A program made the translations under genes and the position numbers. The notes beneath the pieces were generated by a model, which was given only the letters and a program-made list of their open reading frames with translations, did no database searches and was not told the origin of the DNA. Below, one piece after another: positions 1 to 11,395 of a DNA stretch of 64,000 nt (position 1 is its first letter; every line of letters starts with the position of its first letter). The stretch spans positions 8,172,275 to 8,236,274 of the forward strand of contig NC_134032.1 of assembly GCF_964204645.1 (NCBI RefSeq), in the 5' to 3' direction. The stretch comes from Tubulanus polymorphus (taxonomy: Eukaryota; Animalia; Nemertea).

Positions 1-3000
1 CCAACCAATTACAATGCAGTCACAAACCGTACTCGTGGTACTTTGCAACGTTTAGCGAGAACTCCAGATATGCTGAGAGTGTATTCTAACATAATCTCTG
101 ATCAATTAGAGAAAGGGTTTATCGAGAAAGTGTCAGATTCTGAATTATCAAAGTCTGATAGAATCCACTATTTGGCGCATCACCCTGTCTTTCGAGATTC
201 AAAAACCACGCCAATTCGGATCGTTTTCGATTGCGGTTTTCGGACTTCGGATAATCCTAGCCTTAATGATTGTCTTGATTCGGGCCCTTCTTTATTAAAT
301 GAATTGACATCAATTCTATTGAGATTCCGTTTCTTTGACGTCGGATTGGCCGCCGACATAGAGAAGGCTTTTTTGCAGATTGGCTTACATCCGAAAGACA
401 GGGATGCGACTAGATTTTTCTGGCTTAGTAATGCAGATGATGCAAATTCAAAATTTGAAATATACCGTTTCAAAAGAGTGCTATTTGGAGCAACTTCATC
501 TCCTTTCATTTTGAATAGCACAGTACTGCATCATCTGAAACAGAATCGTAATGAGACTTCTTCTAATTTAAGTAAGAACATTTACGTTGATAACGTTTTG
601 ACTTCAGTTCCTTCTGAAGCTGACGCCAAAACTTACTACACACAGTCACGTAAGATACTAGCTGACGGCAGATTCAATTTAAGATCTTGGTCGTCAAATA
701 GCGAAGAAATTCGCAAGCTCGCCGGTATAGATGGCGTCTTAGAGAATTCTTTGACTATAGACTCGCTTGGCATTCGTTGGGACACAGATCGAGACACTTA
801 ATCTCTAAAACCAAAATTTATTGATGCTGATGTGCCTTTAACTAAGAGGGTAGTTATCCAGAACTTGTCAAAAATCTACGATCCTTTAAGTTTGATTACT
901 CCATTGACTATAAAGGCAAAGATTTTCGCTCAAAATTTGTGGAGACAAAACTTTGATTGGGATACGCCATTGCCTTCTGATCTGTGTCAACAATGGAAGC
1001 AAATAGCATCCGAATTAAATGTAGTTTCTGATTTTCATATTCCAAGATGTTACTTTCATAACAGGGATTCAGATAGGATAGAACTGCATACATTTGCGGA
1101 TGCCAGCAAGATGGCATACGGTGCCGTCTCGTATCTTAAGTGTGGTACTGAAAGTACACTGATATTGTCAAGGTCTAGAGTAACTCCTTTAAAAGATATG
1201 ACGATACCTCGACTTGAGCTACTCTAATAGCAGCTAGGATGTCTCATCATATTAGTGAAGCATTAAAGGATGTTACACCGGTTTCTGTTCACTTGTATAG
1301 TGACAGCCAAATTGCTCTATGTTGGATAAAGTCCAAGAAGAAGTTGCCTGAATTTGTTCAGAATAGAGTGAATGAGATTCGAAAATTAGTGGGAGAAAAT
1401 TGGTATTACTGTCCAACTTCAGAAAACCCTGCAGATGTTCTTACCCGGGGATTTGATAAATCGAACCTAGTTCAAAATTCCGAATGGTTCCAAGGACCTA
1501 AATGGTTAACTAGTGAACAGAAACCGGTTACATCACTATCACTTCTGGCGCTTCATTCATCATCAACAATAGGAGAGCAAAATCTTAAATCTCCTGTTTC
1601 AGAAGATAGGAGTCATATGCTCGACTTTTTATTTGCTAGAGAACATTCGTCTTTGACGAAACTTTTACGAGTTACAGCATTAGTTTATCGATTTATATCT
1701 AACTGCCGTGCAGCAGTGAGCGAACGTGTTACATCTTCAGTTACGGCTGAAGAAATTGAGAATGCAGATATTAAGATAGTTAAAGCCATGCAATTTGAGC
1801 AGTTTTCGGAAATTAGAGAACAGTTAATATGTAATAAAAACGGTTCACACCGCTTACCTATCATTAATCAGTTACAACTGTACATAGATAGAAATGATAT
1901 AATTCGTTGTCACGGGCGTTTCGAAAACGCACCGATACCGGATACTGCGAAGGATCCAATACTTCTCCCTAAGTATCATGATTTGACGAAATTATTTATC
2001 CGTCGTGCTCATTTCGACAACTTACATGACGGTTTGAGCTCTACAATTTGCAAAATTCGTGAGAAGTATTGGATTCCTCAAATCAGACAACTTGTTAAAC
2101 GTTATCTGATGAGGTGTGTGGTTTGTCGTAAAGTACATTGTCGACCATTTTTCTTGCCGAATCCACCTCCGTTACCAATTAGTCGAGTTACGCAATCTAA
2201 TTGTTTTCATTTTACGGGTGTGGACTACCTTGGTCCAATGACTGTTAAATCTCAAAATGGTGATCGAAAATGTCATGTCTGTTTGTTCACGTGTGCAGTC
2301 ACCCGCGCAGTTCATTTAGAGCTGGTTCGTGACCTAACAACTGAGCAATTTTTGTTAGCGTTGAGAAGGTTTGTGGCTAGACGATCTCTACCTAAACGCC
2401 TAATTTCGGACAACGCTTCAACTTTCACTTGTGCAAATGAGATCCTTAAAAAATTATTCTCATCAGAAGAAGTATCTCGCTTTTCGGCAGATCGCGGGAT
2501 AATGTGGCAATTCATACCTAAACGTGCCCCCTGGCACGGTGGATTCTATGAAAGAATCGTTGGTCTTGTTAAAAACTGTTTGAAGAAAGTGTTAGGTAGA
2601 GCTTCGATCACTTTCGATGAACTGAATACATTGTTGATTGATATAGAGGCTCATTTAAATGACCGACCAATTACATACGTTTCAACAGAAATTGGAGACC
2701 CAGAGCCGTTAACTCCATCTATGTTTTTGTGTGGTCATAAATTAACAACTTTACCGCATCCTGACGTTTCCGAAGATTTATTAGACCCCGATTTTATTGT
2801 TGATCGTTTTATGTTGGTTGATAGATTAAAATTTCTATCAACATTACTTAATGGTTTTTGGAAACGTTGGAAGAATGAGTATTTATTGAGTTTACGAGAT
2901 TTTCATAGAACCAAAGGTCGTGGTTTCAACCCTCCGGTGATAGGTGAAGTAGTTCAAATTCACGATGAGGGACCTCGTACAAAGTGGCGATTGGGGATTA

Positions 3001-3251
3001 TAACAGAGCTGCATAAGGGTTGTGATGGTTTGGTTAGGTCAGTTTCATTGAAAACTTCTTCAGGTTTTACATCACGACCAATATCTAAATTATTTCCATT
3101 GGAAATTTTATGTTCTACTCTTCCGGTTCCTGATAAGGAAATCGATGACTCTTCAATTGATACTAATTCCTTCGTACGGCCAATACGGCGTGCTGCAATT
3201 GATGCTCGTAGAAAGATCGCTACTTTGGCGGGGCGGGAGGATAATGAGTAA
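1..3251 (+). pseudogene. pol: BEL/Pao pol polyprotein (RT, RNase H, integrase, C-terminal domain), disrupted
   Basis: ORFs 43-801, 832-1227 and 1239-3251. Motifs: ADIEKAFLQI, FGATSSPF, YVDN (RT); FADAS, PRLELL (RNase H); H-x4-H...CVVC, GVDYLGP, SDNAST, FYER (integrase); FWKRWKNEYL. In-frame stop at 799-801; stop plus frameshift at ~1225-1239. Confidence 0.92.
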
Positions 3252-3408
3252 TCAATGAGGTTCACGAAAAATTTATATTGTAACTATTATGTAATTGTAA
3301 GCATGTATGATGTTGTAATATGCTGTATACGAATACTTGAATTTTAATGAAGACCAATTGAAAATCTTCTTATATGTATTAAAACACTGCCATTTGGCGG
3401 CGGGAGGA

Positions 3409-3626
3409 TGTGAATACTATAATAGTGAATACTGTAATGCTGTAATCTGGATTTAACTGTATTCAGTGTCTACCATTTCAAGCATGAATTCTCTTTTATA
3501 TGTTAAAGCAGTTTGTGATTTACACATCATTGAACACAAGTATTTATACTGTTGAGCCCTGTACTGTGGGTGAGAAATAAACTAGACGTCTTCTAATACA
3601 GTCGTTTCGTCGTTCGTAGTCTAACA
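3409..3626 (+). repeat. 3' LTR of the BEL element
   Basis: Starts TG immediately after the purine tract GGCGGCGGGAGGA, contains AATAAA at 3576, ends CTAACA. The 5' LTR is not in the window, so the 3' end is inferred. Confidence 0.7.
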
Positions 3627-3641
3627 GGGAAGGCGTTTACA

Positions 3642-4873
3642 GGGTCTTAGGTTTATGGGTCTTAGGTTTAGTGACACCTATATATAATATACTAAACCTA
3701 AGACCTATAAACCTAAGACCCCCAAATATCTCGTCTTCGAACTGTCTGAGCTGCTACTTCATGCCGTATCGCAAAGAGGTTATGTTTGACCACCGTTTAT
3801 CTATTTTTTGTTTGTTTCCATGAAACTTTTTATTAGCAAAATAACTCGGAAAGTTATGAATCGATTTCTGTAAAATACGTTTACACATGAACAGTTGATT
3901 CCTCTAAAGTTAAATTTATTTATTTTCAAGTGTCCACTCTTGGTTCGCCAAAACAACAGGCTGAGTTTAAATGATCTTATTCAACCAAATAACTCTCCTC
4001 ATCGAGCTACATTTTTTGAATATTCATTCTTTTTTTCTAGAGATTTACAAGTAGCTGGTGAACTGACACATGTATTTTAGAATCATTTTTAAATCATCCA
4101 AAGTACACAAAATAACGAATTAGAGTCGGGTCTTATGTTTATCATCCTCCCCAGCAGGGATTCGAACCTGATGGCATCGAGATTGCCACGGCACGAAACC
4201 CTGCCATAATCGACCGTGTGCGCAGATACATGCGCAGTTCAGATGATGTGATTTTTAGCCAATCAGAAATCCAGTTTTATTTTAGCCCGGGTTTTCCCAT
4301 TTATAGTTCTCCCTTGAAATTTGCCTCAACGATTATACAACGAGCAATCTGATTGGTGCCGCCAGTTTTCGTTCGGAAAGCTGCGCATGTACCTGCGCAC
4401 CCGGTCTACTGATGCAGGGGTTCGTGCCGTGGCTGAGTGTAGCGATGCCATCAGGTTCGAGTCCCTGCAGAGGGAGGATGTATGTTTATGGGTCTAAGGT
4501 TTAGTGACACCTATATATAATATACTAAACCTAAGACCTATAAACCTAAGACCCTCAAATATCTCGTCTCTGATAAATAAACCAGATTTGAATAGGCCTT
4601 CGATGGATACTAATATCTATATATTAGAACAATTTTGAATAGTCTAAAGTACACAAATAATGATTTAGAGTCGGGTCTTAGGTTTATGGGTCTTAGGTTT
4701 AGTGACACCTATATATAATATACTAAACCTAAGACCCATAAACCTAAGACCCTCAATATCTCGTCCAAAGTACACAAATAACGAATTAGAGCCAGGTCTT
4801 ATATTTATGGGTCTTAGGTTCAGTGACACCTATATATAATATACTAAACCTAAGACCTATAAACCTAAGACCC
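3642..4873. repeat. Four copies of an ~80-bp palindromic unit (31-bp arms GGGTCTTAGGTTTATGGGTCTTAGGTTTAGT)
   Basis: Copies at 3642-3721, 4128-4554 (split by a MITE), 4673-4752 and 4795-4873, with shared flanking sequence. Confidence 0.85.
4143..4480. mobile_element. MITE with 9-bp TSD (Mutator-like)
   Basis: Long imperfect TIRs CATCCTCCC...GGGAGGATG; perfect TSD TATGTTTAT at 4134-4142 and 4481-4489. Confidence 0.85.
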
Positions 4874-5588
4874 TCAAATATCTCGTCTCTGATAAATGAA
4901 CCAAATTTTAATAGGCCATCGATGGATCATTTTAACTAATATCTCCTTACATATTTTCGACTATTTTAAACATTTACAATATAGCTGCAAAGTAGCGATA
5001 CGGCTGTTATACGGATTACTTAATATTGGATTATTCAGAGTGTAATTCATATTCTCTGTTAATCCACTAAAAGGAGCTGGGTTGCATAATTTATCAAACC
5101 ATGTTACCATTTCTTCGTGATGTCATTTTTGTTTCCTGAAATTGTGCCGTTTTACATTCTTACAGCTCTTGCAGCGTTGTCTCTATTTCCCAGATCTACA
5201 AGCATTTGTTTCACTGGGGTACCTTCAATTTATATCGGCACATTTATACCTTAACAGAAAATAACAGTTGTTGTCTATTTAGACTTATACAAAGCATTCG
5301 ACCCGGTAAGTCATATCATTTAGTTATACAAATTAAATCTCTATGGGATCAGGGGATTTACTCCCTTTTTCGTTTTGTTGTTGTAATTACGTTCTGCATA
5401 TCATTTTGTTATTGTTCTTTTCCTCTGATTTCATCAGATATATTATTTTATGTTAATTTTGTCATAAAAGTTGTGATACTTTGACAATAAAGTTTAATCG
5501 TAAAATTATTCGAAAAACCACTTTGACTTAGCGCCCGTCATTTGTCTAAAGTAGCTATTTAAGAGCGCAATTTCCTAACTTGAATAAT

Positions 5589-5988
5589 AGTAATAGGGGT
5601 AATGGGCTTTCATACCAAAGGTCGAAAGGTCGAGCCCGAGAAATTTTCCAAAATGTTAAAATAACAACAATTTCTACTTGAATTAGTCGCGTACACTCCT
5701 AATTCAAGTAGAAATTATTATTATTTTAACATTTGGAAAATTTATCAACCTCAACCTTTCGACCTTTGATATGAAAGCCCATTACCCCTATTACTCTTAA
5801 AATATTCATATATATATGAATAACATTTAAATCATTGAACTTCTAAAATCAATTTTAATAAAAAAATATAGTATTAAAATGGAAGCAAATAAGTACTACT
5901 GCCCAACATGTAATATCGATATAGATAAATCCCAAAAAGCAAGACACAATAAAACTAAAACACATTTAGAGAATAAATTGAAACTAGA
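5589..5988 (+). repeat. Left TIR of the Polinton (first 207 bp self-complementary)
   Basis: Reverse complement of 22901-23299; I could see only a 1-bp indel in an A-run and one substitution. Confidence 0.95.
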
Positions 5989-6130
5989 ATATTTACAGTT
6001 ATATTCAGAACAGTTAACAAAGGGAAAGAAATTTATTGAATTATGGAATAATGATCCAAATAATGAACAATACGTTGAGGAATTTGATATCAAGGAATCG
6101 AAACAACTTATCAAAAGCAGCGAGGAATGA
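5879..6130 (+). CDS. Chimeric 83-aa ORF: pPolB N-terminal Zn finger (inside the TIR) fused to an HNH-gene-like C-terminus
   Basis: The first 38 aa match the pPolB N-terminus (one difference). LQLYSEQLTKGKKFIELWN resembles IQLYLDQLDKAKTFVELWN of the neighbouring HNH gene. Confidence 0.55.
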   Translation: MEANKYYCPTCNIDIDKSQKARHNKTKTHLENKLKLEYLQLYSEQLTKGKKFIELWNNDPNNEQYVEEFDIKESKQLIKSSEE

Positions 6131-6209
6131 AAAAGGATGACGTTGGTCGAAGAAATGGAAGAGGATTCTAAAATTATTAACCAATTTAGTAAAAAAATAC
6201 GTATAATAA

Positions 6210-6861
6210 ATGGAACCAGAACCACCACAAATTATCAATATTACAAATAACACTGGTGTTATAAACATATACTACAAGAAGTGTTCTAAATGTGAATTAG
6301 ATAAATCATTAACAGAATTTAGTAAGCGTAAGATTAGCAAAGATGGTTTTCAATATTGCTGTAAAACTTGTTTTAAACTATATACCAAACAATACCGAGA
6401 AGATAATATAGAACATTATAATTATTATATGGCAGAATATATGAGAGAAAGATATCAAACAGATCTTGATTTTAGATTAAAACAATGCTTAAGATCTAGA
6501 TTAACACAATTATTCAATAAAGAAACACATTCAGAAACATTATCTAATTTATTGGGTTGTTCAGATGAATTTCTCAAATCATGGATAATATATCAATTCG
6601 ATGATAAAATGAATATAGATAATTATGGTGAATACTTTCATATTGATCATGTGTTGCCGATTTCTAAATTTAACATTAATGATGAATACAATAAAAAAAC
6701 TTATTTGGGGTTGGAGAAATTTAAGGCCTCTTGAAAAGAAAGAAAACATAATTAAATCTAATAAACTAGATATACAGTTATATTTAGATCAACTGGATAA
6801 AGCAAAGACATTTGTTGAATTATGGAATTCAACACATAATGAAAAATATGTTGAAGCTTAA
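6210..6861 (+). pseudogene. HNH endonuclease with N-terminal CxxC Zn module, frameshifted
   Basis: CSKC...CKTC, then HIDHVLP...NLRPL..KEN..KSNK split across ORFs 6210-6734 and 6625-6861; extra A in the A7 run at ~6693-6699. Confidence 0.8.
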
Positions 6862-7255
6862 GTGCTTAGAAAACCGGTTACTCTCGATCTATGTCAAACC
6901 GCCTATATTTAATTGTATTAGGTTGTTTACAAAAACATCTGTGCCGTATTTCATATTCAGTTGAATGGGGCGCACCTCATTTGAATATTGATCGAACGTG
7001 CTATTTCAGTTGAAAAGGATTAATCAATTATATTACAAAAGAAGGAACATCTGTTGCACCAGACGGTGTTAAGCTAGTGAATAACTACCAGTTATAAACG
7101 CGCAGCACATAAGCATAGGAACGTATTGGATATTCTCTCTCAAAACACAGTTTACAGTTCTAAATCTAAATGTAAGTAAATATATTATGAAGTAGGGAAA
7201 CCTTTAAACATATTTAAGTACAGTAATTCATTTTCACGATATCTTTTAGATTAAA

Positions 7256-7722
7256 ATGGAACACAAAGATCAACCAGAAATTCCAAGTCAACCAACGGAT
7301 GAGGAACCAGAAACGATAGATAGTGAAACTCAGGAATCAATAGAAATGGAGGATGAAACTCTCGTAATTGACGAACAAACTTCACAAAATTATAAGAACA
7401 TTTGGACTATCATCAAGAAATGGTGAAAACTCTGAGTGATGTAATACATAATAAACAATTACCGCGCGAACTACAATTACCAAAATTACCAGCAACGCGA
7501 CTTAAATTGCTGTTGGGACTCAAATAATCGAAAACTAAGAAAATGAGTGGAGATATCAGTGCCGGTTTTGAAAGAAAACTGAGAAGAGTAGGTAGATTAA
7601 TAAAATATGAAAAATTCAAAATATTAGGATTAGCATTTAGTGAAGTAGTAAGACATTTACCAAAAATTGAAGAAATGATTGGAAACAATCCAGTAATTAA
7701 AGAATTCTGGACAAAATTATAA
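7256..7722 (+). pseudogene. Disrupted Polinton accessory gene (acidic N-terminus), function unknown
   Basis: MEHKDQPEIPSQ... reads to a stop at ~7424, continues in another frame with one internal stop to ...IKEFWTKL*. Confidence 0.5.
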
Positions 7723-7808
7723 ATTATAACACTGAGGTCTTTATAATATAGATATCAAAAAATGTTGTATATATCTGTTTTAATATTGTATTGTTTACTG
7801 TTAACTAA

Positions 7809-8081
7809 GTATTGCGCAATAACCGGTCCGATTGAACCGCTTTTCTATTGTTCTCTATTGTTCTATTATTGATCGTTGTTAATGGCGGCGGTTGTTCTGT
7901 ATTGATAGTTTACTGTTAACTAGGTATTGCGCAATAACCGGTCCTATTGGACCGCATTTCTATTGTTCTCCATTGTTCTATTATTGATCGTTGTTAGAAT
8001 AAAAATATAACTGTGTATTGCGCAATAACCGGTCCTATTGGACCGCATTTCTATTGTTCTCCATTGTTCTATTATTGATCG
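7809..8081. repeat. Three ~67-bp direct repeats containing the palindrome TATTGCGCAATA
   Basis: Copies start at 7809, 7924 and 8015. Confidence 0.85.
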
Positions 8082-8493
8082 CTAAAATTTACATAATAAA
8101 TATATGTGTTTATGAAATAGTAATTCCACCAGTCGTTTCTTTGAATTTATTTTCAGTTTTAGGATTTATTATCGAGAATCCGAAATGACTTATCTGGACA
8201 GTTATAGTTACCGCTCCTATAGATAGACAATAGTAGTGAGATAATCTAAATCCTAATTTAAATAAAATATAATAAAAAAACAATAACTTCAACTATCTAG
8301 TCAATTCTATTATATTTTCAATATTTTCTTTTGGTAATTCTAATTGACATTAGATTGAATAGATTTTGAATAGATTTGAATAGAAATTCTTTAACTTTAA
8401 CTAACCTAGTCAATTTAGTATTAACCTAAAGAGATACTAGTATCATTTGAAGAATACTTATAATACTATTCTTATTAAATTTCTCTAATATAA

Positions 8494-9102
8494 ATGTCAA
8501 AGAAATCTAATAAGAATAGTATTGATATTGAAAAAACATTAGATGATTTAGGTATTAGTGATAATAAAGATACAGTTGTTTCTAATTCTATTCAAGTTAA
8601 TAACAATATAGATTATGAATACTACTTATATTGTAAGCATCATCTTGAATTATTAATTGCTGGCGGGAAATCTAAGGATTTCTTGGGAAAAATAATAACT
8701 TTTCAAGAATTAGATGCTATGAAACCCGATAAAGTGATAAAATATTTTAAGATTTATGAAGAAGCTCGATTATCTAAAATAAATGATTCTATTTCAGATG
8801 GTATTGTTAAATGTTATTCAAAATTATGTAACCAGTTAATACCAATTGATGATGAAAATAAATTATATAGTGATTTGAAAAATGACTACTTAGTTATGAC
8901 TGAATTACAAAAATGGGTTGGTTATGCTTCATTTCAATTAGGATCGGTTATGACATTGATTTCTACTGGAGTTATAACATTTTCGAACATCAAACCTATG
9001 GAATATAAATCAGGTAAGAACGAAACAGATGACGCTGTACTACAACCAAACATCGAAACAGAAAATGAATCAGAACAAAAATTAACTAAAATAAATGAGT
9101 GA
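8494..9102 (+). CDS. Polinton hypothetical protein, 202 aa
   Basis: Intact ORF with TAAATG start and a hydrophobic segment near the C-terminus. Confidence 0.8.
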   Translation: MSKKSNKNSIDIEKTLDDLGISDNKDTVVSNSIQVNNNIDYEYYLYCKHHLELLIAGGKSKDFLGKIITFQELDAMKPDKVIKYFKIYEEARLSKINDSISDGIVKCYSKLCNQLIPIDDENKLYSDLKNDYLVMTELQKWVGYASFQLGSVMTLISTGVITFSNIKPMEYKSGKNETDDAVLQPNIETENESEQKLTKINE

Positions 9103-9520
9103 TAGCGTTAAGAAGAAGCCTAGATCCGAGAAACAAATTAAATGGGCAAGAGAATTAGGTAAAAGATCTTCAGAATTAAAAAAAGCTAAGAAAAAGAAAT
9201 TAACTGATATAAATGAATCACAGACTTTATCTGATGGTGCCGTACAGCACCCACACGGTGGTATTGATTCAAATGATAATCCATCTAATTCTTCTAATGC
9301 TGGAAGTAATTATAAATTATATATTACAATTGGATTAGTAACAGTTATTATATTATCCGGCGTAATATATAAATCAAAATTCAAATCTGATGATAAAGAT
9401 GATTCCAATGATGATCGGAAACTTAGTTATCCGTGTACAGACAATAAACCTATTATACCAGAAAATAAGTCAAATCATAAATCAAATGAAAATAAATCTA
9501 AAATATTATTAATGGATTAA
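9095..9520 (+). CDS. Polinton single-pass membrane protein, basic N-terminus, 141 aa
   Basis: TM segment LYITIGLVTVIILSGVIY; TAAATG start overlapping the upstream stop. Confidence 0.75.
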   Translation: MSDSVKKKPRSEKQIKWARELGKRSSELKKAKKKKLTDINESQTLSDGAVQHPHGGIDSNDNPSNSSNAGSNYKLYITIGLVTVIILSGVIYKSKFKSDDKDDSNDDRKLSYPCTDNKPIIPENKSNHKSNENKSKILLMD

Positions 9521-9523
9521 AAT

Positions 9524-10612
9524 ATGATGAAAAAAGAACAATATTTGAGAGATTTATATTACAACCCAGAAAGTGAAGTATCATATTCTAACGTTTCAGA
9601 ATTATGGAATAAAATTAAATCTGATAATAGCAATATAAAATATAGTGAATTAAAATCATGGTTACAAAATCAACCCACATATCAAATTCATAAAAAGATG
9701 GATAAAAAATATTTAACAAGAAAAGTAATGGTTTCATATATTGACCAACAATGGCAAGCTGATTTAATTGACATGAAAAACTTAGAAGAATATAACAAAG
9801 GATATTTTTGGATACTAAATGTTATAGATATATTCAGTAGATACGCATGGAGTATCCCGATTAAAAATAAAACTGGTATAGAAGTTACAAATTCTTTCAA
9901 ATTAATATTTAAAGAAGCTATCCCAGATAAAATACAATTTGATGAAGGTAAGGAATTTTATAACAAACATTTCAAAAAACTATTATCTGATAACGATGTA
10001 GAATATTTTTCAACACATTCAGATAAAAAAGCATCTGTTATAGAAAGATTTAATAAAACATTGAAATCTAGAATGTGGAAATATTTTACTGCTAATGAAA
10101 CATATAAATATATCGATGTGTTAGATGATTTAGTTAAAGGTTATAATAATTCTAAACATAGTTCTATAAATATGAAACCTATACAAGCTAGAAAAGAAGA
10201 AAATTCAGAAATAGTTTGGAATAATTTATATGGTGCGTTTGTTACACACGATTTTGGAGAACCTAAATTTAAAATAGGACAACATGTTAGAATTTCTAAA
10301 TATAGAAAAACATTTTATAAAGGTTATACCCCTAATTTTACTGAAGAAATATTTAAAATTAAAAAGATAATATTAACTAAACCATTTGTTTATAAACTAG
10401 AAGATCTAAAAGATGAAGAAATATTAGGTTATTTTTATGAACAAGAATTATCATTAGTACCAAATCCAGATGAAATAGAATACAAAATAGAAAAGGTATT
10501 GAAAACAAAAACTCTTAAAGGAAAAAAGTATTCTTTGGTGAAATATAAAGGATATGATGATAAATTTAATGAATGGATTTTATCTAGTAAAATTAAAAGA
10601 ATAAATGAATAA
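9524..10612 (+). CDS. int: Retroviral-type (rve) DDE integrase with C-terminal chromodomain
   Basis: WQADLID, QFDEGKEF, VIERFNKTLK (D-D-E); chromodomain YKIEKVLK...LVKYKGYDDKFNEWI. Confidence 0.95.
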   Translation: MMKKEQYLRDLYYNPESEVSYSNVSELWNKIKSDNSNIKYSELKSWLQNQPTYQIHKKMDKKYLTRKVMVSYIDQQWQADLIDMKNLEEYNKGYFWILNVIDIFSRYAWSIPIKNKTGIEVTNSFKLIFKEAIPDKIQFDEGKEFYNKHFKKLLSDNDVEYFSTHSDKKASVIERFNKTLKSRMWKYFTANETYKYIDVLDDLVKGYNNSKHSSINMKPIQARKEENSEIVWNNLYGAFVTHDFGEPKFKIGQHVRISKYRKTFYKGYTPNFTEEIFKIKKIILTKPFVYKLEDLKDEEILGYFYEQELSLVPNPDEIEYKIEKVLKTKTLKGKKYSLVKYKGYDDKFNEWILSSKIKRINE

Positions 10613-11219
10613 AGATTTATTTATATTTGAACCACATAATATGTTAGTTACTGGAGTTACAAATTGTGGTAAAACACATTTCATATTAGATTTGTTAGAA
10701 ACTATTTATAAGAATCATTTTGATAATATAATATTATTCTGTCCTACTTATGAAATGAATGAAACGTATAATAGAGATATAGTTTTTAAAGATAAAAAGT
10801 TTATTATATTAAATTCTAAAACAGTAAAAGATAATTTAGATAATTGTATAAAAATTGCATTAGATATTTATAAAGGATCTAATACATTATTTATTATCGA
10901 TGATTGCGCAAATTTACATGATTCTAAAATTAGAGAAAGTGAGTTATGTTATTTAGCTTTCTCTGGTAGACATTTTGATATAACAACTTGGGTTTTAAAT
11001 CAGAAATATAATTCAATTGTTAAAGACTTTAGAGAGAATATAAGATTTCTAGTTTTATTTTATAATAAAGATAAAAAATCTATGCAACAATCATTGGAAG
11101 AAAATCAAATTATACCTACTGAATTACATGATGAATATATGAATAAATTAAAAAATAATAAAGGTTCAAAATTATTACTGAGATTACAATTTCCTTATGA
11201 ATATAAATTTATAAAATAA
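10605..11219 (+). CDS. A32/FtsK-like DNA packaging ATPase
   Basis: Walker A GVTNCGKT, Walker B FIIDD, SGRH motif. Confidence 0.93.
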   Translation: MNKDLFIFEPHNMLVTGVTNCGKTHFILDLLETIYKNHFDNIILFCPTYEMNETYNRDIVFKDKKFIILNSKTVKDNLDNCIKIALDIYKGSNTLFIIDDCANLHDSKIRESELCYLAFSGRHFDITTWVLNQKYNSIVKDFRENIRFLVLFYNKDKKSMQQSLEENQIIPTELHDEYMNKLKNNKGSKLLLRLQFPYEYKFIK

Positions 11220-11241
11220 CTATTTGTATACCTATGTATTA

Positions 11242-11337
11242 GATACCCTTATACCTGATACCCCTAATACCTGATACCCCTAATACCTGATACCCTAATA
11301 CCTGATACCCTAATACCTGATACCCTATTAGATACCT
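11242..11337. repeat. Minisatellite (GATACCC[C]TAATACCT)n between convergent Polinton genes
   Basis: About six units of 15-16 bp. Confidence 0.85.
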
Positions 11338-11395
11338 TAAATAATTTAAACCCCTTTTTTTATTTACTATTATTTTATACAATTTTCAACCTTTA

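Larger units (their letters stand above)
1..3626 (+). mobile_element. BEL/Pao LTR retrotransposon, 3' part (5' end outside window), inactivated
   Basis: The pol domains RT, RNase H and integrase occur in BEL order, followed by a polypurine tract and a TG...CA LTR. Confidence 0.93.

Noticed and set aside
4441-4480. tRNA gene suggested by GGTTCGAGTCCC (also at ~58454 and ~62945)
   Set aside because: No cloverleaf; these are a MITE TIR and SINE heads.
7809-8081. Repeat-spacer pattern resembling a CRISPR array
   Set aside because: Only three long units with irregular, partly repeated spacers, no cas genes, and a eukaryotic context.
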